DNA from: an uncultured Candidatus Saccharibacteria bacterium
GTDB taxonomy: Bacteria > Patescibacteriota > Saccharimonadia > Saccharimonadales > UBA10212
Reading direction: 5' to 3'
Assembly: GCA_964639445.1 (NCBI GenBank)
Contig: CAZXDA010000003.1
Span: 1 to 35,621, forward strand
Length of the DNA: 35,621 bases
The translations under genes were made by a program, and so were the position numbers. Positions within the stretch are counted from its first letter, which is position 1. Every line of letters starts with the position of its first letter. Of this stretch, positions 16,448 through 25,800 are shown in pieces. Below the pieces are notes generated by a model. That model ran no database searches. It had not been told where the DNA came from and saw nothing but the letters and a program-made list of their open reading frames with translations.

Positions 16448-19366
16448 TTATAGCACGAGGCTGACTAACCTGCCAGGCACATAGATTGTTTTCTTAGGTG
16501 TCTTGCCCTTAAGCAAGTTGGCGATTTTTTCATCTTTCATGACTTGTTTAATCGCTTCGTCTTCACTAACATTCGCCGGTATAACTATCTCAGCCCGGAT
16601 TTTGCCGTTGATTTGAACTGCTAAAGTCATGGTTTCTTCCTCAATGAGCGACTCGTCCCAAACAGGCCATTTGCTAACATGCACCGAGCCGGACTGCCCA
16701 AGCTCTTCCCAAATCTCCTCTGTAATATGTGGCGCAAACGGCGCCATAAGCTGTGTTAAAGCTATCAAACTTTCTCCCCATGTACCATTGGCTAGGGCGA
16801 GATTATGTTTTGTTTTGAGTTTGTAAAGTTTATTGACACACTCCATCAACGACGCAATAGCCGTGTTAAATCCAAGCCCTTCCAAGTCCTGACTGACTTT
16901 TTTAATAGTTTTATGGATTATCCGTTTAATTTGAACCTCAAGCTCTGGATTTTTTCCTATTGTCTGTTGCCTATTGCCTATAGCCTGCAAGTATTCCTGC
17001 ATCAATGTCCAAATCCTATCCAAAAATCTGTAAGTGCCGGCGATGCCGCGCGGATTCCAATCAACTCCTTGGTCGTACGGACCTATGAATAATTCATAAA
17101 GCCGCAGCGCGTCAGCGCCATAGCCTTGGCTAATTAGTTCATCCGGCGTCACCACATTGCCGTAGCGCTTACCCATCTTGCGCCCATCCGGTCCACCAAT
17201 CATGCCATGGTTACGCAGAGCTTTAAAAGGTTCATTAGCGTCTATTAAACCGATATCAGCTAAAACCTTTGTCCAAAAGCGGGCATACAGCAGATGCACT
17301 ACAGCATGTTCGGCACCGCCAATATAATTATCCACTGGCATCCAAAAAACGACTTTATCTTTGTCAAAAGGCTCCTTGTTATTCTTTGGATCTGTAAAGC
17401 GCATGAAGTACCAACTGGAATCTACGAAAGTATCAAATGTATCCGTCTCGCGTTTAGCATCGCCGCCGCATTTAGGACATTTAACATTTACAAACTCTGG
17501 TAAATCTTTAAGTGGTGATTGACCAGTTGGTTTAAACTTAATATTTTCTGGCAGTAGCACCGGCAAATCTTTTTCCGGAACGGCTTGGGTGCCACACTCA
17601 TCGCAATAAATTATAGGTATCGGGCAGCCCCAATACCGCTGCCGGCTCACCGTCCAATCATGAAGTTTATACTGTGTTTGCTCCTTGGCTACACCTGCTT
17701 TTGCCAAGTCAGCCACTATTTTTTCTCGCGCCTGAGCCGAATCTAAACCATTGTACTTTCCAGAATTAATCATTTCTCCTTCACCGCTCAAAGCAGTTGT
17801 TTGCCAAAGCTGCTCCCAAATGAGTTTTTGATGATCGGGTGTAAGTCTGTTCATAACTTCGTCTTCATCAACCCAGACTAAGGTATGTATTTTTTGCTCA
17901 GATTCTGGGATTTTACCTTGATTGCCTAAGTTATCCACTTCTGCTAATAAGACATGGCTAACTGCTTTTCGGTTTTCGTTTTTATGAGATGCGCAATATC
18001 TTGCAGCTGTGATCCAATCTAACTTCTTGATAATTCTGGCATCTTCAAGGGCTGCTTCTTCTTTAATTTCTTTGAGCGCAGCTTCTTCTGGGGTCTCACC
18101 TTCTTCAATGCCGCCCATAACCGCGGTAGTGATACCTGCCAGACTCTCATGCCAGTCAAGCAAAGCGAATTTACCCGTAGATTTATCCTGTAAGTGCACT
18201 ATTACGGTCTGTCTCTCTACCTCATTGTATTTCGGTTGTGGTGGATTGGTTGTGTCATCCTTACATGGCATGATTACTTGCCTTATGGGCAGATTGAATT
18301 TTTGGGCGAAGTCATAGTCGCGGGCATCATGCGCTGGGACAGCCATAATTGCTCCGGTGCCGTAGCTCATTAACACATAGTCGGCAATCCAAATCGGAAT
18401 TCTTTCCTTATTGGCCGGATTAATGGCGTAGGCGCCGGTAAAAATGCCTGTTTTGTCCTTTTCGGCCTCTTTGCGGTCGAGCTCAGTCTTATTAGCTGTG
18501 ATTTTAACGTAGTGTCCTACCTCTTTATATTGCGATTTTGTTGCAATTTTGCTCACTAGTGGGTGTTCGGGGGCTAAAACAAGGTACGTCGCCCCAAAAA
18601 TCGTGTCCGGCCGAGTAGTAAACACCTTGATCCTGTGTCCTGTGTCCTGTGTCCTAAATTCAATTTCTGCACCTTTACTTCGGCCTATCCAGTTGCGCTG
18701 CATGGTCTTGATACTTTCCGGCCAGTCCAAATCATCCAAATCGTCAACCAACCTGTCAGCATAATCAGTAATTTTTAAGAACCACTGCTCAATCTCTTTA
18801 TGAGTAACCGGCGTGCCGTCACGCTCACAAACATTTACCCTGTTCTTAGTAATAACCTGCTCATTAGCTAGTACAGTCTGGTCAGTCGGGCACCAGTTTT
18901 GCAAGCTCTTGGCGCGGTAAGCTAAGCCTCTTTCATAAAATTTTAAAAACAACCACTGCGTCCACTTATAGTAGTCGGGGCTTGAAGAATTAATCTCTCT
19001 GGACCAATCGTATGAAAAACCCAGTTGAGCGAGTTGCTTCTTGAACGTCTCAATATTCTTATCTGTAGAGGCTCGAGGCGAAATGTTGTTTTTGATGGCA
19101 AAATTTTCGGCTGGCAACCCAAAAGCGTCCCAGCCCATCGGGTGCAGCACGTTGTGGCCAGTCATTCGGGAGTGGCGCGCCATGGCATCGCCAATGGTGT
19201 AGTTGCGCACATGACCCACGTGCATGGCCACGCCGCTGGGATATGGGAAATACTCCAGAATATATTTTTTTGGCTTAGTCTTCTCTGCTTTCGCTTTATA
19301 AATCCCAGATTCTTCCCAAACTTTCTGCCACTTGGGCTCAATAGCTTTCGGATTGTAACGTCTCAT
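16448..19366 (-). CDS. leuS: Leucyl-tRNA synthetase (972 aa) with an extra internal domain
   Basis: HIGH motif 'HVGHVRNY'. CP1 editing blocks 'TTRPDTIFGATY' and 'GTGAIMAVPAHDARDYDFA'. KMSKS-type motif 'KMGKRYGN'. Confidence 0.97.
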   Translation of the reverse strand: MRRYNPKAIEPKWQKVWEESGIYKAKAEKTKPKKYILEYFPYPSGVAMHVGHVRNYTIGDAMARHSRMTGHNVLHPMGWDAFGLPAENFAIKNNISPRASTDKNIETFKKQLAQLGFSYDWSREINSSSPDYYKWTQWLFLKFYERGLAYRAKSLQNWCPTDQTVLANEQVITKNRVNVCERDGTPVTHKEIEQWFLKITDYADRLVDDLDDLDWPESIKTMQRNWIGRSKGAEIEFRTQDTGHRIKVFTTRPDTIFGATYLVLAPEHPLVSKIATKSQYKEVGHYVKITANKTELDRKEAEKDKTGIFTGAYAINPANKERIPIWIADYVLMSYGTGAIMAVPAHDARDYDFAQKFNLPIRQVIMPCKDDTTNPPQPKYNEVERQTVIVHLQDKSTGKFALLDWHESLAGITTAVMGGIEEGETPEEAALKEIKEEAALEDARIIKKLDWITAARYCASHKNENRKAVSHVLLAEVDNLGNQGKIPESEQKIHTLVWVDEDEVMNRLTPDHQKLIWEQLWQTTALSGEGEMINSGKYNGLDSAQAREKIVADLAKAGVAKEQTQYKLHDWTVSRQRYWGCPIPIIYCDECGTQAVPEKDLPVLLPENIKFKPTGQSPLKDLPEFVNVKCPKCGGDAKRETDTFDTFVDSSWYFMRFTDPKNNKEPFDKDKVVFWMPVDNYIGGAEHAVVHLLYARFWTKVLADIGLIDANEPFKALRNHGMIGGPDGRKMGKRYGNVVTPDELISQGYGADALRLYELFIGPYDQGVDWNPRGIAGTYRFLDRIWTLMQEYLQAIGNRQQTIGKNPELEVQIKRIIHKTIKKVSQDLEGLGFNTAIASLMECVNKLYKLKTKHNLALANGTWGESLIALTQLMAPFAPHITEEIWEELGQSGSVHVSKWPVWDESLIEEETMTLAVQINGKIRAEIVIPANVSEDEAIKQVMKDEKIANLLKGKTPKKTIYVPGRLVSLVL
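16956..16990. repeat. Degenerate heptanucleotide array inside the leuS coding sequence
   Basis: cctattg tctgttg cctattg cctatag cctgcaa. Encodes LQAIGNRQQTIGK on the coding strand. Confidence 0.55.
17780..18268 (-). other. Nudix-like domain insertion within LeuRS, at the C-terminal edge of the CP1 editing domain
   Basis: About 160 aa lie between '..KFNLPIRQVIM' and 'GEMINSGKYNGL..'. They contain 'GGIEEGETPEEAALKEIKEEAAL' (nt 18047-18115), a Nudix box with R->K and G->A substitutions. Confidence 0.6.
18632..18655. repeat. Three perfect copies plus one partial copy of CCTGTGT inside the leuS coding sequence
   Basis: cctgtgt cctgtgt cctgtgt cct. Encodes RTQDTGHR just N-terminal of the TTRPDT block. 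Confidence 0.8.
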
Positions 19367-19391
19367 CTTAACCCTATTCTAACAGATAGAG

Positions 19392-20549
19392 CTAGAATTG
19401 TTTGAGGTAGCTGGTAGTGAAGGTGGTGGCGATTTTTTGGCGAGCTTGCCAGCGCTGTTCGGCGTAATGAACAAGCCGATTGACTAGGTCGATATTGGAA
19501 ATGCCGGCTAATCGCCAGTTGTGAGCATAAAGCCCGCCGGGCAAAGGATTAACCTCGTTGAAATAAACTTTGCTGGCTCTAGAATCAATCAACAGATCAA
19601 CTCTGGCTATACCGCTGCAGCCAAGCACTTTGTAAACTTCAAGCGCGGTTTTTTCGGCTCTATCGTAAATTTCTTTAGGTAGTTTAGCTGGAATTTCGCT
19701 ATAGCCTTGAGCGCCAGCCTTGGCTCCGGCTTCTCCCTTTTTTCCGCCTTGCATGTATTTAGTGTCAAAATCAAAAAAATCCTCTGGTTTAGTGAGCGGC
19801 CGTTCGAGCTTAGCCGGAATAGGTACTTCATTACCGATAATCGGCAGTGTTACTTCAATTAGATTATTTACACCCTGCTCAACGATTACTTTGTCATCAT
19901 AGTGCGCAGCAACCTCTAGCGCGTTCATTAGCTCGCCCTCTTTTTCTACTCTGGAAATGCCGATGCTAGAGCCAAGATGAGCCGGTTTAACAAACAAGGG
20001 GCATTTTAAGTCTTTAGCTGAGTTTAAGACGTCTTTAGTTTTTGCGAGTTCAGCAGCATAAAACCAGACCCAGGGCGTGCTTGGGATGCCGGTTGATTCT
20101 GTGACTTGTTTGGCTAAAACTTTGTCCATAGCCACGGCGCTGGCGGCTACACCGCAGCCAGCGTACGGCACATTGGCCATCTCCAGCAAACCCATAAGGT
20201 CACCATCTTCCCCATATGTACCATGCATAGCTGGAAAGACCACGTCTATCTTTTGAGATTTTTTTCGACCAGATAGCTTAGCCGATTTTACTAAGGTCAA
20301 TCCATCATCAAACAGCAGATAAGTTTTGGGGGCACGGTGCAAAAAATCTTCAATTTTACCGCTTTGGTAAAGTTTTATATCTTTTAGTCTGTCATCCCAG
20401 TACCACGAGCCGTCTTTAGCTATATATACCGCCTCTACTTTGTACTGCTTGGCTAGCTCAAGAGGTTTAATAACACTGGCAAGCGCCGTAATAATCGACA
20501 CGTCATGCTCAGTGGAGCGTCCGCCAAAAATAACAGCTACTGTTTTCAT
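19392..20549 (-). CDS. ddl: D-alanine--D-alanine ligase (ATP-grasp)
   Basis: 'VAVIFGGRSTEHDVSIITA', 'FPAMHGTYGEDGDLMGLLE' and the C-terminal 'NEVNPLPG' are Ddl blocks. Confidence 0.9.
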   Translation of the reverse strand: MKTVAVIFGGRSTEHDVSIITALASVIKPLELAKQYKVEAVYIAKDGSWYWDDRLKDIKLYQSGKIEDFLHRAPKTYLLFDDGLTLVKSAKLSGRKKSQKIDVVFPAMHGTYGEDGDLMGLLEMANVPYAGCGVAASAVAMDKVLAKQVTESTGIPSTPWVWFYAAELAKTKDVLNSAKDLKCPLFVKPAHLGSSIGISRVEKEGELMNALEVAAHYDDKVIVEQGVNNLIEVTLPIIGNEVPIPAKLERPLTKPEDFFDFDTKYMQGGKKGEAGAKAGAQGYSEIPAKLPKEIYDRAEKTALEVYKVLGCSGIARVDLLIDSRASKVYFNEVNPLPGGLYAHNWRLAGISNIDLVNRLVHYAEQRWQARQKIATTFTTSYLKQF

Positions 20550-20553
20550 TAGC

Positions 20554-21990
20554 TTAATTATACTGGTCCGGCCAGTCGTTTTGCATCATCACTAGATCGC
20601 CAGCGGCAACAAACTTGTCCAAATTGTTATAAAAGTTAAGCGGGTCATCTTCAATAATTAGTTGACCTCTGTAATTACTCTTCTCTAAACCTTTTTGAAT
20701 ATCTGGCGTTACAGAATGCTTCATTAAAATCACTATGTCGGGGTTGGTTTTGGCTATGGTCTCGCCAAGATCATGATGAATCTTGGCCGTCTCTGCGCCT
20801 TGGTCAACTAAACCTGGTGTTATATAGATTTTGCGCTTGGCAGGCAGTTCTTTAAGCAGCCGGAGGCCGGCTTTCATGCCATCGATGTTGCTGTTATAAG
20901 TATCGTCTAAAACCCATGCCCCTGCCAGTCGAGACGCTTCCATACGGTGCTCGAATGGCTTGATTTTAGAAATACCAGTCACAATCTGTTCAGGGTTTAA
21001 ACCTAACTTATCGGACAAAGCTGCTACCAATGCCAATGGTCCAACCTGATGCCCACCTAGAAGTTGGCTATTAATTTTTAGAGTTTTAGTGTCTTTTTTC
21101 ATTTCAAAACGGGTGCCGTCTAAACCTATTTCTATGTTGCCGATAGTCCAGCCGGCGGCATTTTTAGAATCATATAAATTATAATTTTTAATAAAGGCCT
21201 TAGCCGCTTCTGATTCATTATTCACATAGATGTTTTCCGCTTTCACAAAATCGGCCAGGCTAAAGATGTCTTCACCCGCTTTTTGCAGAGTTTTGTACTT
21301 GTCAAGGTGAGCCGGCGCCAAACCGGTGATTATGCCTATGTCTGGTTTCGTAACTTGCGCAAATTTTGTCACATCGCCTGGTGCGCCCTCGCCATATTCA
21401 ATAATTAAAATATCCTCGTCGCTGGATAATGTTTTAGCAAAACGAGCGTGGCTAATAGGCACATTTAGATTGGCTGGTGTGGCTGACACTTTTTTGCCTT
21501 CAGATAAAACTGTCAGCAGCATTTCCTTCATGGTGGTTTTGCCATAACTGCCAGCTACAGCAATTTTTAGAGCTTGGTGTCCCTGAAATCGCTTTTTTGA
21601 GCGATTAACTTGCAGTTTGTGAGACGGCTTGATTATCAAAAATCTTCCCAAGAGAAGAGGCAGAACAATCAGGTGCGCCCAAACAATAGGTGCACTCACC
21701 AATAAGGCAACAGCTAAAGGGAGGAAGCCAAAATTAGATGTGCTTAAACTCCAAACCCCTAGAATTATCGCACCAGTTAATTGAAGCAGTAAACCTACTT
21801 GCATAACCGCCAGCAATAGTTTAGCTGGCCTTGTCATTACTAAATTTTTGCGATATGTCACACGGGCAAAATCATTCGTTCGCCACAGCCATCTTAAATA
21901 TGGACTCATCTGGTATTCACTGGTCTGCAACATATAAATAACAGTTTTAACAAATTTGAAACTATAGACACCAAGAAGAGATTTAAGCAT
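20554..21990 (-). CDS. murF: MurF-like Mur ligase with an N-terminal transmembrane region
   Basis: P-loop 'VAGSYGKTTMKEM'. MurF-type C-domain 'VLDDTYNSN'. The first ~125 aa contain hydrophobic helices ('LLAVMQVGLLLQLTGAIILGVW', 'LPLAVALLVSAPIVWAHLIVLPLLLG') instead of a soluble N-domain. Adjacent to ddl. Confidence 0.75.
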   Translation of the reverse strand: MLKSLLGVYSFKFVKTVIYMLQTSEYQMSPYLRWLWRTNDFARVTYRKNLVMTRPAKLLLAVMQVGLLLQLTGAIILGVWSLSTSNFGFLPLAVALLVSAPIVWAHLIVLPLLLGRFLIIKPSHKLQVNRSKKRFQGHQALKIAVAGSYGKTTMKEMLLTVLSEGKKVSATPANLNVPISHARFAKTLSSDEDILIIEYGEGAPGDVTKFAQVTKPDIGIITGLAPAHLDKYKTLQKAGEDIFSLADFVKAENIYVNNESEAAKAFIKNYNLYDSKNAAGWTIGNIEIGLDGTRFEMKKDTKTLKINSQLLGGHQVGPLALVAALSDKLGLNPEQIVTGISKIKPFEHRMEASRLAGAWVLDDTYNSNIDGMKAGLRLLKELPAKRKIYITPGLVDQGAETAKIHHDLGETIAKTNPDIVILMKHSVTPDIQKGLEKSNYRGQLIIEDDPLNFYNNLDKFVAAGDLVMMQNDWPDQYN

Positions 21991-22763
21991 TATTTATCCC
22001 TAAGAAATTGCAAAATAAGTTTAGCCACTAAATCAGCATTGTCTTGCTGTAAGAAATGATTAGCGCCTTCAATAATTTCCAGCTGCGAGCTTGGAAAAGA
22101 TTCGTCTAAAAGCCTGGCTTGGCTAATTGGCGTCTGATTATCTTCTGAACCGTAAATTAGCAAAGTCGGGGTGTTAACAGATTCAGCATAGACTCGGATA
22201 TCCTGTTTAATAATTTTTTTAAATGTTGGTTCCATGTGCGGTAGTAGCAGCATGTCTGACCCAACGGCGCTATAAATCTTTTTTCGTAATCGCTTTCGAG
22301 TATGAGCCGGGGTTAAATAGAGCGGCAGTTTGGCAATTTTAGCCAGAATCTTAAGGCCGTTTTTACGGAGATTGCTTAAATCTCTAACACCGGAAGATGC
22401 CATGAGCACTAACTTGTCACAGTTAAGATAGCTTTTGCTTACTCCGACTATGGCAGTAGCGCCGCCATATGAATGCCCTATGACGGCGTAGGTATCTAAG
22501 ACCTTTATTTTTTTTAAAAAGTCGGCTGTAAATAGAGCGTAATCCTCAAGACCCCAAGCTTTAGATGGCGCCTGCGTACCGCCGAATCCTGGCAAGTCTA
22601 CAGCCACAACAGCGTAATTGTCTTTTAGGTACTCCGTAAGTTTAGAAAAGGACGATATCGTGTCTCCCCAGCCGGGCAGACATAGGACCACCTTGCCCCG
22701 CCCAATCTTTTGGTAGTTAGTCATTAGGCCGTTCACAACGACATTCATGCTTTGAGTATACAA
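21990..22763 (-). CDS. Alpha/beta hydrolase (257 aa)
   Basis: 'GHSYGG' nucleophile elbow, 'LIYGSEDNQTP', 'GANHFLQQD'. The stop overlaps the murF start (TAATG). Confidence 0.8.
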   Translation of the reverse strand: MYTQSMNVVVNGLMTNYQKIGRGKVVLCLPGWGDTISSFSKLTEYLKDNYAVVAVDLPGFGGTQAPSKAWGLEDYALFTADFLKKIKVLDTYAVIGHSYGGATAIVGVSKSYLNCDKLVLMASSGVRDLSNLRKNGLKILAKIAKLPLYLTPAHTRKRLRKKIYSAVGSDMLLLPHMEPTFKKIIKQDIRVYAESVNTPTLLIYGSEDNQTPISQARLLDESFPSSQLEIIEGANHFLQQDNADLVAKLILQFLRDK

Positions 22764-22836
22764 GACGAATCACTTTAGCTTAAGGGTTGTGGCTTGTGTC
22801 TAAATAGATTATGCTTATAGCTAAATTGGATTGTAA

Positions 22837-25800
22837 ATGAAAAAGGTGTTGTCTAGGTATAAACCGGCTGCCGTGGGCATACTTAGGGTAACAGACAAAA
22901 TTCTCTTTAAATTTTCTCTCGCCCTATCTCGTGCTGCAGTAATTCTCTTTCAACTCTCTGTCGCACTGGCTAAAGATGCTTGGAAATTATTAAAGCGCCT
23001 AGGTCATCGCCTGTGGGCAAAAATACTAGCCTGGCCGCCGGCCGAGAGATTTTATCTGAGAACAAAGCATCATCACAATCGTACAATCGGCCGCGCTCAT
23101 AATCACTTATTAGAAAGGTGGAGGTGGTACAGCCGCTGGCACAGTTGGCAATGGCATCCCCATGTCCATTATTCGACAGTTGCGGCTTTTATTTTAGCCA
23201 TGATTTTTTGGTTCGGCTCATTTATGCATGCACTAGCTTCTGATTTAAGCAACCTCTGGAATTTTGGCACCCCAGCAGATTACCAAACGTCCAGCGGTGC
23301 AGAAGTTTCCGGTAGCACTGGTCACTTAAGGGTCAATGAATACACCAACGATGCCAACACCACGGCCCTTTACCACTTAAACGAATCCAGCGGCACAAGT
23401 GTGGCTGATTCTTCATCCAACAGCAATACCGGAACAGCTACCTCTCCAACCTGGGGAAGCGCCGGCAAATTAAACTATTCTCTTAGCTTAAATGGTACAA
23501 CCACGACTGTTTCAGCGCCTGACTCGGCTTCTTTATCGCTAACTGGCGCCAATACAATTGAAGCCTGGACTAAGTTTGGCTCGAGCTTCTCAAGTTCCAG
23601 CAGTAGCCGTCAACCGGTTATCAGCAAAGGCGCTTACCAGCTCTACTACGACAGCCAAACAGGCAAAATTACTTATGAACTCGCTAACTCGAGCAATTCC
23701 TGGACACAGGTCGGTGGGATGGATGCCTCTGGACAATCATTTATAGGAGGAACTTTTAATAACAGCTGGGACGTCAACAGCCAAAATACTGTAGAGGCCA
23801 TGATAAAAGTAGGCAGCTATATTTATACTGGAACTGGTCAGGGTTCTAGTGATGCTCTTGTTTGGCGGTGGGATGGAACTAGCTGGTTGCAGATTGGCGG
23901 ACGTGGCTTAAATAATAGTTGGTCAGCAACCGCCGTTTACCAAACAGTGTACTCTCTGGCTACTGACGGAACCAATCTTTATGCCGGCTTAGGCAGTGGC
24001 ACAGGCAACGCTGAGGTTTGGCTTTATAACGGTAGCAGTTGGACAAAGGTCGGGGGTGACGGGCTTAACGGTAGTTGGAATACTAATTATGAATCTGTGC
24101 ATAGCCTAGCTGTCAGCGGTACAACTGTTTATGCCGGTCTGGGTGACAGCGCTGGCGATGCCGAAGTATGGCAGTGTACTAATTGCACAACATCTCCTGC
24201 TTGGACACAGGTTGGTGGCGACGGGGTAAACTCGAGTTGGACCTCCGGCAGTAACAAAGAAATGGTTGCCTCTTTGCGAATAGTGGGCACTAAACTTCTT
24301 GCAGGCCTAGGGATTAGTGCCACGGATGGTGAACTTTGGTCTACTGATACCGGCACTATAAGCTGGACCAAGCTTGGCGGCAGCGGCACCGGATCGGCTG
24401 GGCAGAGCTGGGATACCACTCATGAACGAGTCGCCGCCATAACTAATGTTGGCAACGTGATTTATGTCGGCCTTGGCGACTCGACTGGTGATGCCGAAGT
24501 TTGGAGCTGTGATATTTCGGCAACCTGTACTAATACCGCCGGCTGGACGCAAGTTGGTGGTGATGGGGTCAATACCAGCTGGAACACTAACTACGAGAGG
24601 GTTTTTTCGCTTACCGTTGATGGCTCCAACAATATCTATGCCGGGTTGGGTTTGGACTCTGGTGATGCCGAAGTCTGGAAATACAACGGTACAAGTTGGA
24701 CGCAGATCGGCGGGGACAGCCTTAACTCTAGCTGGACAGCTACTACCATGACTGATGTGCGCGCTCTGCTGGTAGACGGATCAACATTGTATTCCGGCGT
24801 CAGCAATACCAGTGCCACAACCTATCCAGCAGAGGTTTGGACAACTAATCTAACAACTATTAGCTGGACAAGAATTGGTGGCGACGGCATTAACAAGAGT
24901 TGGCCGCCAGCTAATTTTACAATGATTGATTCCATGACAACCTATAAGGGAAAGCTAATTGCTGGTTTACCCGGTTCTACCTTTAGTGATAGCCAGGTGT
25001 GGGAATATGACGGCAATACTTGGGATGTAATCGGCGGCCAAGGAGTTAATTCCAGCTGGACGCCTAATACCTACGCGGATGTTTGGTCGTTAATTTCAGA
25101 CGGGACTAATCTATACGCCGGGCTAGGTACTGGCACCGGCAAGGGGGAAGTCTGGCAGTACAACGGCACTAGCTGGTCAAAAATTGGCGGCGGAGGTGTA
25201 AATTCAAGCTGGAATGGCAATTACGACCGCATCCTGGCTATGGCCGTGTACGGCGGAGCCGTCTATGCAGGAACCGGCCAAGCTAGTACTTCAGGCACGG
25301 CCGAGCTATGGAAGTATAGCGGCGGCAGCTGGACTAAAGTAGGCGGTGACGGGCTTAACGGCAGTTGGGTGGACCTTAAATATGAGTTTGTTGAAAGTAT
25401 GACCACATGGCAAAACAAGCTTTATGTAGGTTTAGGCGCCAACACCGGAGATAATGCCCTGTGGCAATATGACGGTACTAATTGGGCACAAATTGGCGGT
25501 GACTGTACCGGTGCCTGTACGCCGAACAGCGGCAGCGCACCGCCATCTGGCAGCTGGAGCAATACTACCGGCTGGGGATCAGAACTAGACTCGCTAGCTT
25601 CATACAACGGCAAACTATATGCCGGCATGGGTATAGGCACCGGCAATGCCGTGATCTGGCAGTGCGATCCCGGATGTACGCAAAGCAGTGGTTGGACTAA
25701 GATTGGTGGCGATGGTCTAAATGGCAGTTGGGCGGCTTCTACCTACGAGAAAGTTTACGCCATGGTCGTGTATAATGGCAGTCTTTATGCTGGTCTGGGT

